Source of the DNA: a virus
Virus record (IMG/VR): IMGVR_UViG_3300032046_000013
Location: 1 to 64,000 of that record
DNA length: 64,000 nucleotides
Direction: 5' to 3' (one strand)
Position 1 is the stretch's first letter, and every line of letters begins with the position of its first letter. Below the pieces are notes generated by a model. That model ran no database searches, was not told the DNA's origin, and saw only the letters and a program-made list of their open reading frames with translations. Shown piece after piece: positions 48,727-57,951 of this stretch. The translations under genes were made by a program, and so were the position numbers.

Positions 48727-51700
48727 CTACTGGGTAAAACGCGCAGACTGTTTGACCTTACCTTTTGGAGTCTGGGGCTTGCCACTCTGCTCCCATACTT
48801 CTTTGGCGATCTGATAGACTTCGATGCCTTGCTTGGATAGACCCTGGAAAAGTCCTTCATGGAACTGCTCCATCAGATCGTAATACCGATCTAGCTGTTC
48901 CTCGAAGCCTTCCTCGCCCGCCACAAGGTCTCCAGCCAAGTCCATGACCTGCTGACTGTAAGTATCGAGATCGGCATTGCGGCCCAGATATTCCAGCCAC
49001 GCCTGCACGAGGTCTTCGGAATGGTTGGCATATCGCAGTTGGCCAGTCATTTCTTCCCGAACCTGATCGGCGGAAACGGCTATGCCAGCTTCGGCGGCTT
49101 GGACACCCACATCGTAGGCCCCGCCACCAGCCCCGATTTTCCGCCTTGATGTTTTCTCCGGGGCCTGGGGTTTCCTTGGAGTCTTTCCCTTTGGACGCTC
49201 GGGCACCAGTTGGCGAGCCAATTTCCAAACATTGATCCCGCGTTCGCCTAATCCCGCGTCCACGCCTTCCCAAAAACCTTCTGAGATTTCCAGGTGATCC
49301 TCCACCATATCTTCGCCTTCGCCTTCGGATTGCTCTACAACCTTCCGCAGATGCGACGCAAATTGGTCCGTGCTCTCCCATGATTGTTGCCAGTGTTGAA
49401 CCAAGCTCTCCGCGTCATCGCCCGGCCCCATCTTATCCAAGTCCTGCTCCATCTGCTTAAGGATGTCGTCGGCAGATTCAAACATCCAGGCATCTTGAGC
49501 CGCATGAAGACCGGCCTGATATGCGAGATTCCGAATATCCGGAGTGCCCCCGACTTTCCGCCTTGATGTTTTCTCCGGGGCCTGGGGTTCGCCTTCGGTG
49601 TCGGGTTCGACAGCGAAGAAATTGAGCGTGACATCAAGCAGTTGCTGGCCGATTCCCGAAACGCCTTCTTTTAATTTCCCCTCATCCGCATAGGCACCCA
49701 AGTCATACGGGGGCATCGCGCCGAATCTCAGTGGCTCACCGATACCTTCTTCGCTTGATTCGATTATGGCATTGTAAAGCGGGGACTCAGGCGTAGCATC
49801 GAAACTCCCGCTCAAGTCTCCATCATGATCATGACCTTCATTTTGCGCCCAGTTCACAACGGTTTTCAGCCATGCTTCGGTGTTTTCCTCCAATAGGGCG
49901 ACATCCTGATTCAATTGGTCCCAAGCCGCGTCGTCGAGAGTGATCCCCCGTTCCTCGGCGTTCTGCTCGATCTCAAATTGATCCGTGGTGCTGATCGAGA
50001 ATCCACCTTTGATCGGCCCCTGGTAGTCGTCTGGGAGAGTGGCGGTCTTGCGCTGGCCCATTTTTTCTAATTCATTCCAGTCGCTTTCGCTACTGAGATA
50101 TTCCTCTCGCTCTTGGTCTTCATCCCACTCGATTACCACGCCTTCGATGCCATTGTAGGGTGGGTTGACCTCGATAACTCTCCCGATTCGACCTGACTGA
50201 TCTTTCACTTCATCTCCAAGCCTGAATGGATTCACGGCAGTCTTGCGCTGGCCTTCCACTTCATTTCCGCCACCCGAGTAGGTATCAATGGAATCCCGGA
50301 CTTCCTGGATTTCCTGCGCGACTTCGCCCGTCGCTTCCGCCGCCACGGAGTTCACGAGGTTCTCCACCATTTCCAGTTCATCCGGTTCAAAGCCCCGCAA
50401 GTCCTCGCCATCGAGGATGCGCTGGATATTCTGGATCACATCGGTCTGGCCCCGGTCGGATTTTTGGGTCAACAGCGTCGCCAGTGGCCCGAACTTGGCC
50501 CCGACCTTGCGCCGACCTTCCTTGCGCGGCTTGACCTCGCCCCCGCCTTTCAGGTCTGGCGACTTCATCGTCCGGTCATCCACCAGATTCTTCTCCGGGT
50601 CCTGACCCCTCCGCTTGTATTCTTCTCTGAGCAGATTCAGTTCCCCCTGTTCGGTAATGGTCAGGGACTTCGCGGCTTCCCTCTGTTCGAGCCGTCCGAT
50701 TGACTGAGCCAAGACTTTCGAGGGAATGCTCTGGAAGTGCTTGGTGTAATGGTCGGCCTCCTTTTTCGTCGGTATGATCTCGGCCAGCACCTGATCCCGG
50801 AACAGGTCCTCCGCTGTGTCGCGCAGGGTAATGCCCGTGACGTGGGTTGAGGCGGCCCGGAACAGGCCCCCGATGCCCTGGGTGGCCATAATGCCTTCGG
50901 GCGTCTGGTCCCCGCGTTTGAGGGCTTCCCGAAGGTATTCCATGTCCCCCCGGCGTTCCCGTTCCAGGGCTTGCCAGACCTGATGGGCGTTTTTCTCGAA
51001 ATACCGATCAAAGACTTGGCGATCCGACTGCATGGCCTGGAGACGACGGCGCATCCCCTCGGCTTCGTGACCCGTGACTTCGGTGATGCGGATGGTAATA
51101 TGACTCAAGGTTCCACCTTCGCCAGAATTATCCGCCATACCCAAGGCTCCACCTTCGGCTATCGCAACCTGGTTTCCTGACTGATCTGAGATTCCGAAAT
51201 ACAGGGAACTCGTGAAATTCACCCAACCCTGATTCGGGTCCACTTCATCGACCTCGGTGTTGATTCCATCTGGGGCGAATTCCGCATGGTAAGTGCCTTG
51301 GCCGAACTCCCGATCCAGAATGAAGTTCACGTTCTCCTCGATCAGATCGTTACGACCCCGACTATCCTCAAACTCCGCATCGATGTCTTCCAGTTCAAAC
51401 TCCGCACCGAGTCCGAGCGAGAAGTCGAAGCCTTCCTCCAACTTGGCCCCGTGCTTGCGCATCCCCATTTTTCCGCCCTCGACTTTCTCCAGATTGCCAT
51501 CTCCGAGGTTAACCCCGATAGCCCCCAAGGCCCATGTTCCCTTCCGACCCGTTGGTTGCAGTTCCTCATCCAGATATTCAACCGTGGCCACGAAACTATC
51601 CCAGCGGGCTTCGGGAATATCAGCCCGACTGCCCGTGTCGGTGATATTGGTGATCCTGAATGACTTAAAGCCTGATCCTTGAAAAACATCACCGACCCGA

Positions 51701-53343
51701 ATCTGCTCGATCAACTGGTTATAATCTGGTTTCCTGGCCCCTTTCTTACCCCCAGGCTGACGGTCCGCCATCGGACGGCCCGAGCTGGAATTGGGCCGGC
51801 AGCCGAAAATATCGCCTCCGCCGGCGTCCATCCCCTCATCCTCTGCCGTGCTCGCGGTCTGGTCAGCCACTGCAACCGCATGTTTGCATTTCCGGCCATG
51901 CTCACCGGCGGGACAGGAACAGGCCCATCGCCGCAACTCGCCGTCCATTCCGAGAAACCGGACCTCATAGACGTTGCCGGAATCGCTGTGCACCGCCCAG
52001 GTTTCGTTTTCGCCGTTTTTTTCGATTTTCACCACGTGCTCGAAACCTGGGGGAGTAACCGAGAATTTGAGACTGGCCTGGAGTTTCTTTCCGCCCCGGG
52101 CCAGCAGTTGTTCAATCGCACTCTGGGGATCGTCGCCAAGTTTATCGGTCTTGGTGTCGCCGCCCCACCGATTGGGTTGGGAGATTTTCACCGGCCTCAG
52201 CACATGGGTCGGTCCATATTCGTAATATCCGACCGAACCATCGCCCTGGACTATCGCCACTTCTCCGTCAGGCATCTGGTAGGCTCCATGAACCGTAGCT
52301 TGTTTGCGTTGGCCCATGTTGATCGTGCCTGATCCGACTCGCTTGCCGCCCTGCCTCACCAATTCCTGTATGGCTTTGCGCGGACCACCGAAATCATCAA
52401 TCGGAGTATCGGTATGTTGCATCGTCTTGGCATCATAATATCCGACTGATCCGTCACCGCTTACTCTGGCGAGTTCCCCGTTGGGCATCAGATACATCCC
52501 GTAAGTCGAGCCTTGCTTGCTCCAGGCAGTCCGCAGAATGCGCGTGGCCTCTTTCGCTTCCTCGGCTTCCGGTTCGGGTTTCTTCGACTTCTCGCTCGGA
52601 CTCGGTTTGGAATCCGAATTCTCCCCAAACGCTTCCGCCGTGGCCTCATCGATCAGTTTCTGACCATCCAGACCCTGGGAATCTGCGACCTCCACCAGTT
52701 TCTCCTGATGACTCTGCTCATCCAGGATGATCTCGTCCACGAGGCCCTCGGCCTCCCCGTTTTCATCCGAGGTCAGGGACTCCGCGAGTTCCTGATATTC
52801 GCCTGGAGCCTTCACTTCATCGACCATCGCATCCTCAATCAGGTCTTTCAATTCGGACTCCCCGGGTTCCGTTTCCTCGGTTTCCGGTGTCCGTTCCTCT
52901 TCCGCATGTTTCCGCATTTTCTTCTCTCCTTGTTTCGTCCCATAACCCGCGCTTTCCAGGACATCCAGAGCCGCCCGTGAACCGATGCTCCGCAAGATCA
53001 GCGTATAAACTCCCGCATTCTCCGTATCGTAATTCAACTGGGCTTCCAGAATCGGCACGGCCCGATCTCCAAATTGCACGACAGTCCGATATGCGCCCGA
53101 TTTCAGGCTGGCATCCGGGCTTTCAATAACTTCACGCAATAAGTCGGTGATCGTTTCCTCAATATCGGGACGGCGAGATCGTTTGGGCACATCATATCCT
53201 TCACGTCGCGCCATGTCATAAGCAATAGCCGCCGCTTGTTCCTGGGATTTGCCTTCGCCAATCAATTTTTTGATCTTTTGGCTGATCCACGCTTGAGCCT
53301 CGTCCGTGAGTTTGGCCCCGATCTTACGCACTTCGTTTCTCAT
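48727..53343 (-). CDS. Giant acidic multi-module protein (1538 aa), putative internal head polyprotein
   Basis: QAAAIAY module, ferritin-like DE..H segment, two GDGSVGYY modules, SWIM finger CSCPAGEHGRKCKH, SH3-like module, and two paralogous C-terminal modules, separated by basic linkers. Confidence 0.75.
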   Translation of the reverse strand: MRNEVRKIGAKLTDEAQAWISQKIKKLIGEGKSQEQAAAIAYDMARREGYDVPKRSRRPDIEETITDLLREVIESPDASLKSGAYRTVVQFGDRAVPILEAQLNYDTENAGVYTLILRSIGSRAALDVLESAGYGTKQGEKKMRKHAEEERTPETEETEPGESELKDLIEDAMVDEVKAPGEYQELAESLTSDENGEAEGLVDEIILDEQSHQEKLVEVADSQGLDGQKLIDEATAEAFGENSDSKPSPSEKSKKPEPEAEEAKEATRILRTAWSKQGSTYGMYLMPNGELARVSGDGSVGYYDAKTMQHTDTPIDDFGGPRKAIQELVRQGGKRVGSGTINMGQRKQATVHGAYQMPDGEVAIVQGDGSVGYYEYGPTHVLRPVKISQPNRWGGDTKTDKLGDDPQSAIEQLLARGGKKLQASLKFSVTPPGFEHVVKIEKNGENETWAVHSDSGNVYEVRFLGMDGELRRWACSCPAGEHGRKCKHAVAVADQTASTAEDEGMDAGGGDIFGCRPNSSSGRPMADRQPGGKKGARKPDYNQLIEQIRVGDVFQGSGFKSFRITNITDTGSRADIPEARWDSFVATVEYLDEELQPTGRKGTWALGAIGVNLGDGNLEKVEGGKMGMRKHGAKLEEGFDFSLGLGAEFELEDIDAEFEDSRGRNDLIEENVNFILDREFGQGTYHAEFAPDGINTEVDEVDPNQGWVNFTSSLYFGISDQSGNQVAIAEGGALGMADNSGEGGTLSHITIRITEVTGHEAEGMRRRLQAMQSDRQVFDRYFEKNAHQVWQALERERRGDMEYLREALKRGDQTPEGIMATQGIGGLFRAASTHVTGITLRDTAEDLFRDQVLAEIIPTKKEADHYTKHFQSIPSKVLAQSIGRLEQREAAKSLTITEQGELNLLREEYKRRGQDPEKNLVDDRTMKSPDLKGGGEVKPRKEGRRKVGAKFGPLATLLTQKSDRGQTDVIQNIQRILDGEDLRGFEPDELEMVENLVNSVAAEATGEVAQEIQEVRDSIDTYSGGGNEVEGQRKTAVNPFRLGDEVKDQSGRIGRVIEVNPPYNGIEGVVIEWDEDQEREEYLSSESDWNELEKMGQRKTATLPDDYQGPIKGGFSISTTDQFEIEQNAEERGITLDDAAWDQLNQDVALLEENTEAWLKTVVNWAQNEGHDHDGDLSGSFDATPESPLYNAIIESSEEGIGEPLRFGAMPPYDLGAYADEGKLKEGVSGIGQQLLDVTLNFFAVEPDTEGEPQAPEKTSRRKVGGTPDIRNLAYQAGLHAAQDAWMFESADDILKQMEQDLDKMGPGDDAESLVQHWQQSWESTDQFASHLRKVVEQSEGEGEDMVEDHLEISEGFWEGVDAGLGERGINVWKLARQLVPERPKGKTPRKPQAPEKTSRRKIGAGGGAYDVGVQAAEAGIAVSADQVREEMTGQLRYANHSEDLVQAWLEYLGRNADLDTYSQQVMDLAGDLVAGEEGFEEQLDRYYDLMEQFHEGLFQGLSKQGIEVYQIAKEVWEQSGKPQTPKGKVKQSARFTQ

Positions 53344-54833
53344 TTTTTTCTCCCCGGATAGGGTTCTTTCGCATAGGTCGGATCGTCCTGAGCGTTTTCA
53401 TTTTCCCGCTCTTCCCATGCTTGCTGATCTTCGGCCTGCAGTTCGGCCACGGCTTGATCGAATTTCCGATTGAACTCTATGGGATTATTCTCCTGAAACA
53501 GGTAATGCAATTCTTTCTCCGCATTACCGAGTGGTTGCTTGTCGATTGTGATCTCACGGGCATTCACTGCGGATTCCAGCGCATCATAAATGGCTTGTCG
53601 CAACTGACCTTCGACATCGGAGATCGTTCTGAGTTCATCCCAGAGTGCGTCAGCAGGATTTACCTCAGTCCCGTGCTTGGCCAGCGTTCCGTATCCGCCT
53701 TGGCCCCGCTCTTCCACCGTTTCTTTGACCTGACCGGACTGGCCGACCTGGGATTCCGACTTCTCGTTATTTTCCAGTTCTTTTAACGAATTGAGAAATG
53801 CCTCGGTGCCCAAGGTCTGCACGTGCTCCATATAGGACTGGGCTAAATCAGGCGCGACCTCCGCCGCAATTTGGCTTACCAAATCCCAATCAATTTCTTG
53901 ACCTTTGGGAACTCCGTCCTCCACTTCCGACTGGCGTAGTTCCGGCAGATGCTCGGCCATCCGCTGATTGATCTCCCAGAAGTCCTGGTCCTCATCGGCT
54001 TGGTCAGTCTGTCCGATCTTCGATAACGATGGTAATTTCCGGGGGTCCAGTGCCCGGCGTCCTGCTGATTCAAACTGGACGATCAGCACGTTCTCCTCGG
54101 GATGAACTTGGAGAACCTGACCCCGACCATAGCGGCGATAGAATACTTCATCACCTGGGTGGAAGTCCGCGATCCGAACGGCGGTTTTCTCCATCCGTCC
54201 CACGGTCTCCTGACCTTGGCCGATGTCCAGGATATAGGCCCGAAGCCGATCCGTGTCCATTCGACGTGCGGATTCGACCTGAGAGTCCCCGATCCCCGCC
54301 ATTGCGCACTTCGATTTCAGATAATCCACTAGTTGCGAGTGCGAGGCTGATCCAAGTCTCGCATGATCGGCCTGGATCAATGCTGAAAGTTTTTTCATCT
54401 TCCGCTCCCTTATCCCATAATCCAACTTCGTCCGCATCGGATTTGGAAATTTACTCGCTGTCGGAATGAACGACGCGACTTCTGCTGGATCGCCCCGGAG
54501 TATCGACTGGCCATCCAGCACGACATCTAGCTGTGCAATCAGATTATCCCATTGGACATCGATCAATGCACCCTGGGGATGAACCTTCGGAGCCAGGGAG
54601 ATCACGGTTCCGCCCAGCCGATCATACGTCCTAGTCACTCGGTCGCCCCGGAACACATCGAACGGCCCGCCCCGGAGAATCGCTGGAACCATCACATCAT
54701 GGGCCTGCATATCCTCAGACCGGGGACCGAAACGGTTGATCGTGCTGTGTTTAATAGTCGCCACGTGCCATATCTTCCCGAGTCGGAGGATTCTCTTCAT
54801 GGTTTCTGATCTCGTCTTCGAGTTTCCGCTCAT
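53340..54833 (-). CDS. Acidic multi-module protein (up to 497 aa; start uncertain)
   Basis: Two SH3-like modules (FRGDRV, FHPGDEV..YGRGQV); linkers KKLS, EKTA, SKIG, AKHG. Confidence 0.7.
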   Translation of the reverse strand: MSGNSKTRSETMKRILRLGKIWHVATIKHSTINRFGPRSEDMQAHDVMVPAILRGGPFDVFRGDRVTRTYDRLGGTVISLAPKVHPQGALIDVQWDNLIAQLDVVLDGQSILRGDPAEVASFIPTASKFPNPMRTKLDYGIRERKMKKLSALIQADHARLGSASHSQLVDYLKSKCAMAGIGDSQVESARRMDTDRLRAYILDIGQGQETVGRMEKTAVRIADFHPGDEVFYRRYGRGQVLQVHPEENVLIVQFESAGRRALDPRKLPSLSKIGQTDQADEDQDFWEINQRMAEHLPELRQSEVEDGVPKGQEIDWDLVSQIAAEVAPDLAQSYMEHVQTLGTEAFLNSLKELENNEKSESQVGQSGQVKETVEERGQGGYGTLAKHGTEVNPADALWDELRTISDVEGQLRQAIYDALESAVNAREITIDKQPLGNAEKELHYLFQENNPIEFNRKFDQAVAELQAEDQQAWEERENENAQDDPTYAKEPYPGRKK

Positions 54834-57800
54834 CTTCCTCAGTCAAGGGAATTTCCTGTCCATCCTCATCGACCAACCGGATACTGTGAATCTCCGTCTC
54901 TGGATGTTCCTCTGGCGAAGTCTCTGTCCGTCTCAGACCCGGACTGAAACTTGTTTGGTAATAAATCGTGGCATCCCGTTCATCCGGTCCCCAGACGGTG
55001 GGTAACGTTTCTTCACCTCCACGTTTGGGTAGGACCTCATCTATCGATGCCCGGACATCCTTGCTCGCTACGGTAGTCAGAGTCATGCCCCCGTGGTCAT
55101 CCAGAATCCAGACATTGGGCCAGAACTGTTGCTGTTCCATGCAAGCCTTGATCGCATCGTCAATGTCCTCAAAGTGGTTTCCCTCCCCGAAAAGGAACTC
55201 ATCAGAGCCGACTTGGACTTCGTAATACCCATCTGGGGTTTGCTCGATGACTTTCTTACCTCCCTGTTCCCATACTTCAGTTTTTCCACCCAAATGTCCA
55301 GTTGATTGGATCACCAGATCGCCGTCCTCGGGTTCCTGCGGTTCGTCCATCGGCTCGGCTTCCAACTCTTCCAAGGTTCCTTGTTTGGGTAGGACCTCAT
55401 CTTCGGAAAAGTCAATGTGCTTGATCATGCCCGTGCCACCGCATTCGGGACATCCAGATTCCCTGCCCCCAGGAATTTGCCCTTCACCTTGGCAGGTGGG
55501 ACATAGTTCGATTGAGGAAAATTCAGAGCCTCTGCCCGGAGGAACAGCCACTACTTTTGCTTTTCTTTTTTTAAATTCAGCCCATTCCTGTTCCTGCCTC
55601 TGGCTCCAATCCTCGATTTGTTTTTTCTGATATGCCTTATCTATCTTTTTTCCCTTCCAGTTTCCCCGGGGTTTGCTCAGCTCCGATGGTGCGTCTTTGT
55701 CCTGGGCGACTTTCTGGCTACTCGTGGCCAGAGTTCCCAACTGGGCCATCTGATTCTGGAGGTCAGTTGGAGGCCCATAATCCCAATACTTGACCTCGAC
55801 TCCCGGAAACATGACCTTGAAATATTGCTTCGGTTGATTATGTTCCAACTGATAAGGTTCATTTCCATACATGGCCTTGGCCCAAGCGACCCATTGGTAA
55901 GCCGAGAGTTTGGCTTCCTGCTCGGAATCGCGGTGCAGATGGATGGCCCCACTCGGATCGGTCTCAGGAATCTCGAACATCGGATCAGCCCCCTGCTTGG
56001 GCACGGCCCATGGGTCAATCGAAGCGGGTTTCTGACTTGTGCCCTTCACTTCTGGCATGTTCGGTGCAGGAGTCAATGGATCATATTCTCCGCCCTTGAT
56101 CTGTTCTAAGTAATCATCCGCCAGTTCCTGGGCTACGGCTTGGCGCACGGCCTGGGGGAACATCTTGTGCCACGGCTGATCAGGACTTCCGAACTCCTTG
56201 GCGTATTTCTTGGCTCCATTCTCGACCAGATACATCCACAGTTTCGGGGCCAGTGCGTGGTTGTAAGTCTGGTTTTTGAGCCGCCGCTGGATGTTCCGAA
56301 TGATCGGCATGAACTGCTGGTGGTAAAGGTCAGCATCGTTCTCGATGAACAACCGGAGTTCTTGCGCCCCATATTCATCTTTGTCTGGATCGGGAGGCAG
56401 ATCACTCTGCCATTCATTGTAATCCATGCCGAGGACTGGCAATCCCAGTTCTTCGTCCCAGACGCTCAGCTTTTTCATCTTGCTCCCCTTATGAGATTGA
56501 ATAGCGCGTTCCTGTCGTTCGGCATCAGCCTTTGAATCATGGGTGCCCAGCCGTTTCTTTCCGTCATGGGAGTAGAGCACCCACGAGTCGCCTTCTTGGC
56601 GGATGACCGCAGTTTTGGCGGGGGCTATGCTTTCGATTGATTTTTCAATCTGCGTATCCACCTCGAATTCTGTCAACCCGTTTTCGCGGGCCAGTCTTCC
56701 AGCCCACACTTTCGCCACTTCAAACATATCAGTAGATTGTGTAGTGCCAGCTATATTGGTTCCGTGAAACTTTTTAGGATCATCAACCACCTTGACTTGT
56801 AGTTGCCCACGCCTCGGCTGGCATACTGCTACCCAATACATTTGTCGTGCAGTCTTTCTCATCGCTAGCACTGGGGCGAACATCGGGAGATATAACGTGT
56901 CCTCGATCTCCTGGGCCAACACGGTTTCGCCCATGACTTTCAGCCGTTCGAGCAGGGCCATGAACCAGGCTTTGCCCCGTTCCAGATATTTACGGACGAA
57001 CGCCTCGGCCCCAGTGTCGGTCGGCTGGGATTCGGTCTCAATCACCTGCTCGATCTGGGTGGGCAGGGGAAAGTCCGACATCGCCTCCTTGGCCTGGATC
57101 GGCGTAATATCGATCTCGTCCGCCTGGACATAGCACTCGGACTGGAGGAACTTCGCAGCCTCGCGCACGGACCTCAGAGTCGGAAAGTCCGCGATTATAA
57201 CTTTCTGGCCCTCGGTCACCAGCCGTCCACCGTGGGCGAGACAGAAAGACCGAGCGTCCCGGAAAGATGCCTGGACGAACCCGGGCATCTGAGACCACCC
57301 GGCCTTTACGAGGTTCGGGAACGTCATCCTGTAATGTTCAGTCTGCGCGAGCGTCGGCATGGTCGGCTCCTTCAGTTTTAGCGGCTTCCCGTCAAAGATC
57401 GGACTGGGTTCCAACGTCCCGTCCTCGCGGGTGTGAAATCCCGCAGGTGTGCGGGGTTTCAGGTATGAGGGCGAAGTGATGTCACGTTTCTTTCCACCCT
57501 GTTTGAGTATGGATAATACCTGTTCCAGCGAATCGGATTCCGGGGAATCCTTGACGATATTAAAATCCTTCGGCTCGTGCTCGTGCGATGTCCGGGCATG
57601 GTCGGAGATGCGGACATCCAGATATTTTTCTTCCTCATCCGTCCCGTCCTTGCGGAAAGTCAGATAGTCGGACTGGGATGACATGGCCCCATACTCATTG
57701 CTCAGTTCCCAGCCCCCGGCATCGGCGGCATCCTTGATCTGATCTTCTACCGAATCCTTCCATTCGTGCCATTCTTCGCGTTCCTGGCACTGTTCGCATA

Positions 57801-57951
57801 ACCGGGATTCGCCTTCCAAGGGCACGGCCTCAGTGTCTATCAGATCGCCGTCATCATCGTAAGTATCGGTGATCTCGGCCTTGACCTGCACCAGATGGTC
57901 ACACTGTTCGCACGGCCACCGGGCATAGTCGGTTCGCGTTTCAGTTCGCAC
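54751..57951 (-). CDS. Acidic multi-module protein (1066 aa)
   Basis: CxxC pair, VRISDH module, IRQEGDSWVLYS..KRLGT module, ELRLFIEND module, CPTCQGEG/CPECGGTG finger; linkers RKTA, AKTA, KKLS, QKVA, PKQG. Confidence 0.75.
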   Translation of the reverse strand: MRTETRTDYARWPCEQCDHLVQVKAEITDTYDDDGDLIDTEAVPLEGESRLCEQCQEREEWHEWKDSVEDQIKDAADAGGWELSNEYGAMSSQSDYLTFRKDGTDEEEKYLDVRISDHARTSHEHEPKDFNIVKDSPESDSLEQVLSILKQGGKKRDITSPSYLKPRTPAGFHTREDGTLEPSPIFDGKPLKLKEPTMPTLAQTEHYRMTFPNLVKAGWSQMPGFVQASFRDARSFCLAHGGRLVTEGQKVIIADFPTLRSVREAAKFLQSECYVQADEIDITPIQAKEAMSDFPLPTQIEQVIETESQPTDTGAEAFVRKYLERGKAWFMALLERLKVMGETVLAQEIEDTLYLPMFAPVLAMRKTARQMYWVAVCQPRRGQLQVKVVDDPKKFHGTNIAGTTQSTDMFEVAKVWAGRLARENGLTEFEVDTQIEKSIESIAPAKTAVIRQEGDSWVLYSHDGKKRLGTHDSKADAERQERAIQSHKGSKMKKLSVWDEELGLPVLGMDYNEWQSDLPPDPDKDEYGAQELRLFIENDADLYHQQFMPIIRNIQRRLKNQTYNHALAPKLWMYLVENGAKKYAKEFGSPDQPWHKMFPQAVRQAVAQELADDYLEQIKGGEYDPLTPAPNMPEVKGTSQKPASIDPWAVPKQGADPMFEIPETDPSGAIHLHRDSEQEAKLSAYQWVAWAKAMYGNEPYQLEHNQPKQYFKVMFPGVEVKYWDYGPPTDLQNQMAQLGTLATSSQKVAQDKDAPSELSKPRGNWKGKKIDKAYQKKQIEDWSQRQEQEWAEFKKRKAKVVAVPPGRGSEFSSIELCPTCQGEGQIPGGRESGCPECGGTGMIKHIDFSEDEVLPKQGTLEELEAEPMDEPQEPEDGDLVIQSTGHLGGKTEVWEQGGKKVIEQTPDGYYEVQVGSDEFLFGEGNHFEDIDDAIKACMEQQQFWPNVWILDDHGGMTLTTVASKDVRASIDEVLPKRGGEETLPTVWGPDERDATIYYQTSFSPGLRRTETSPEEHPETEIHSIRLVDEDGQEIPLTEEDERKLEDEIRNHEENPPTREDMARGDY

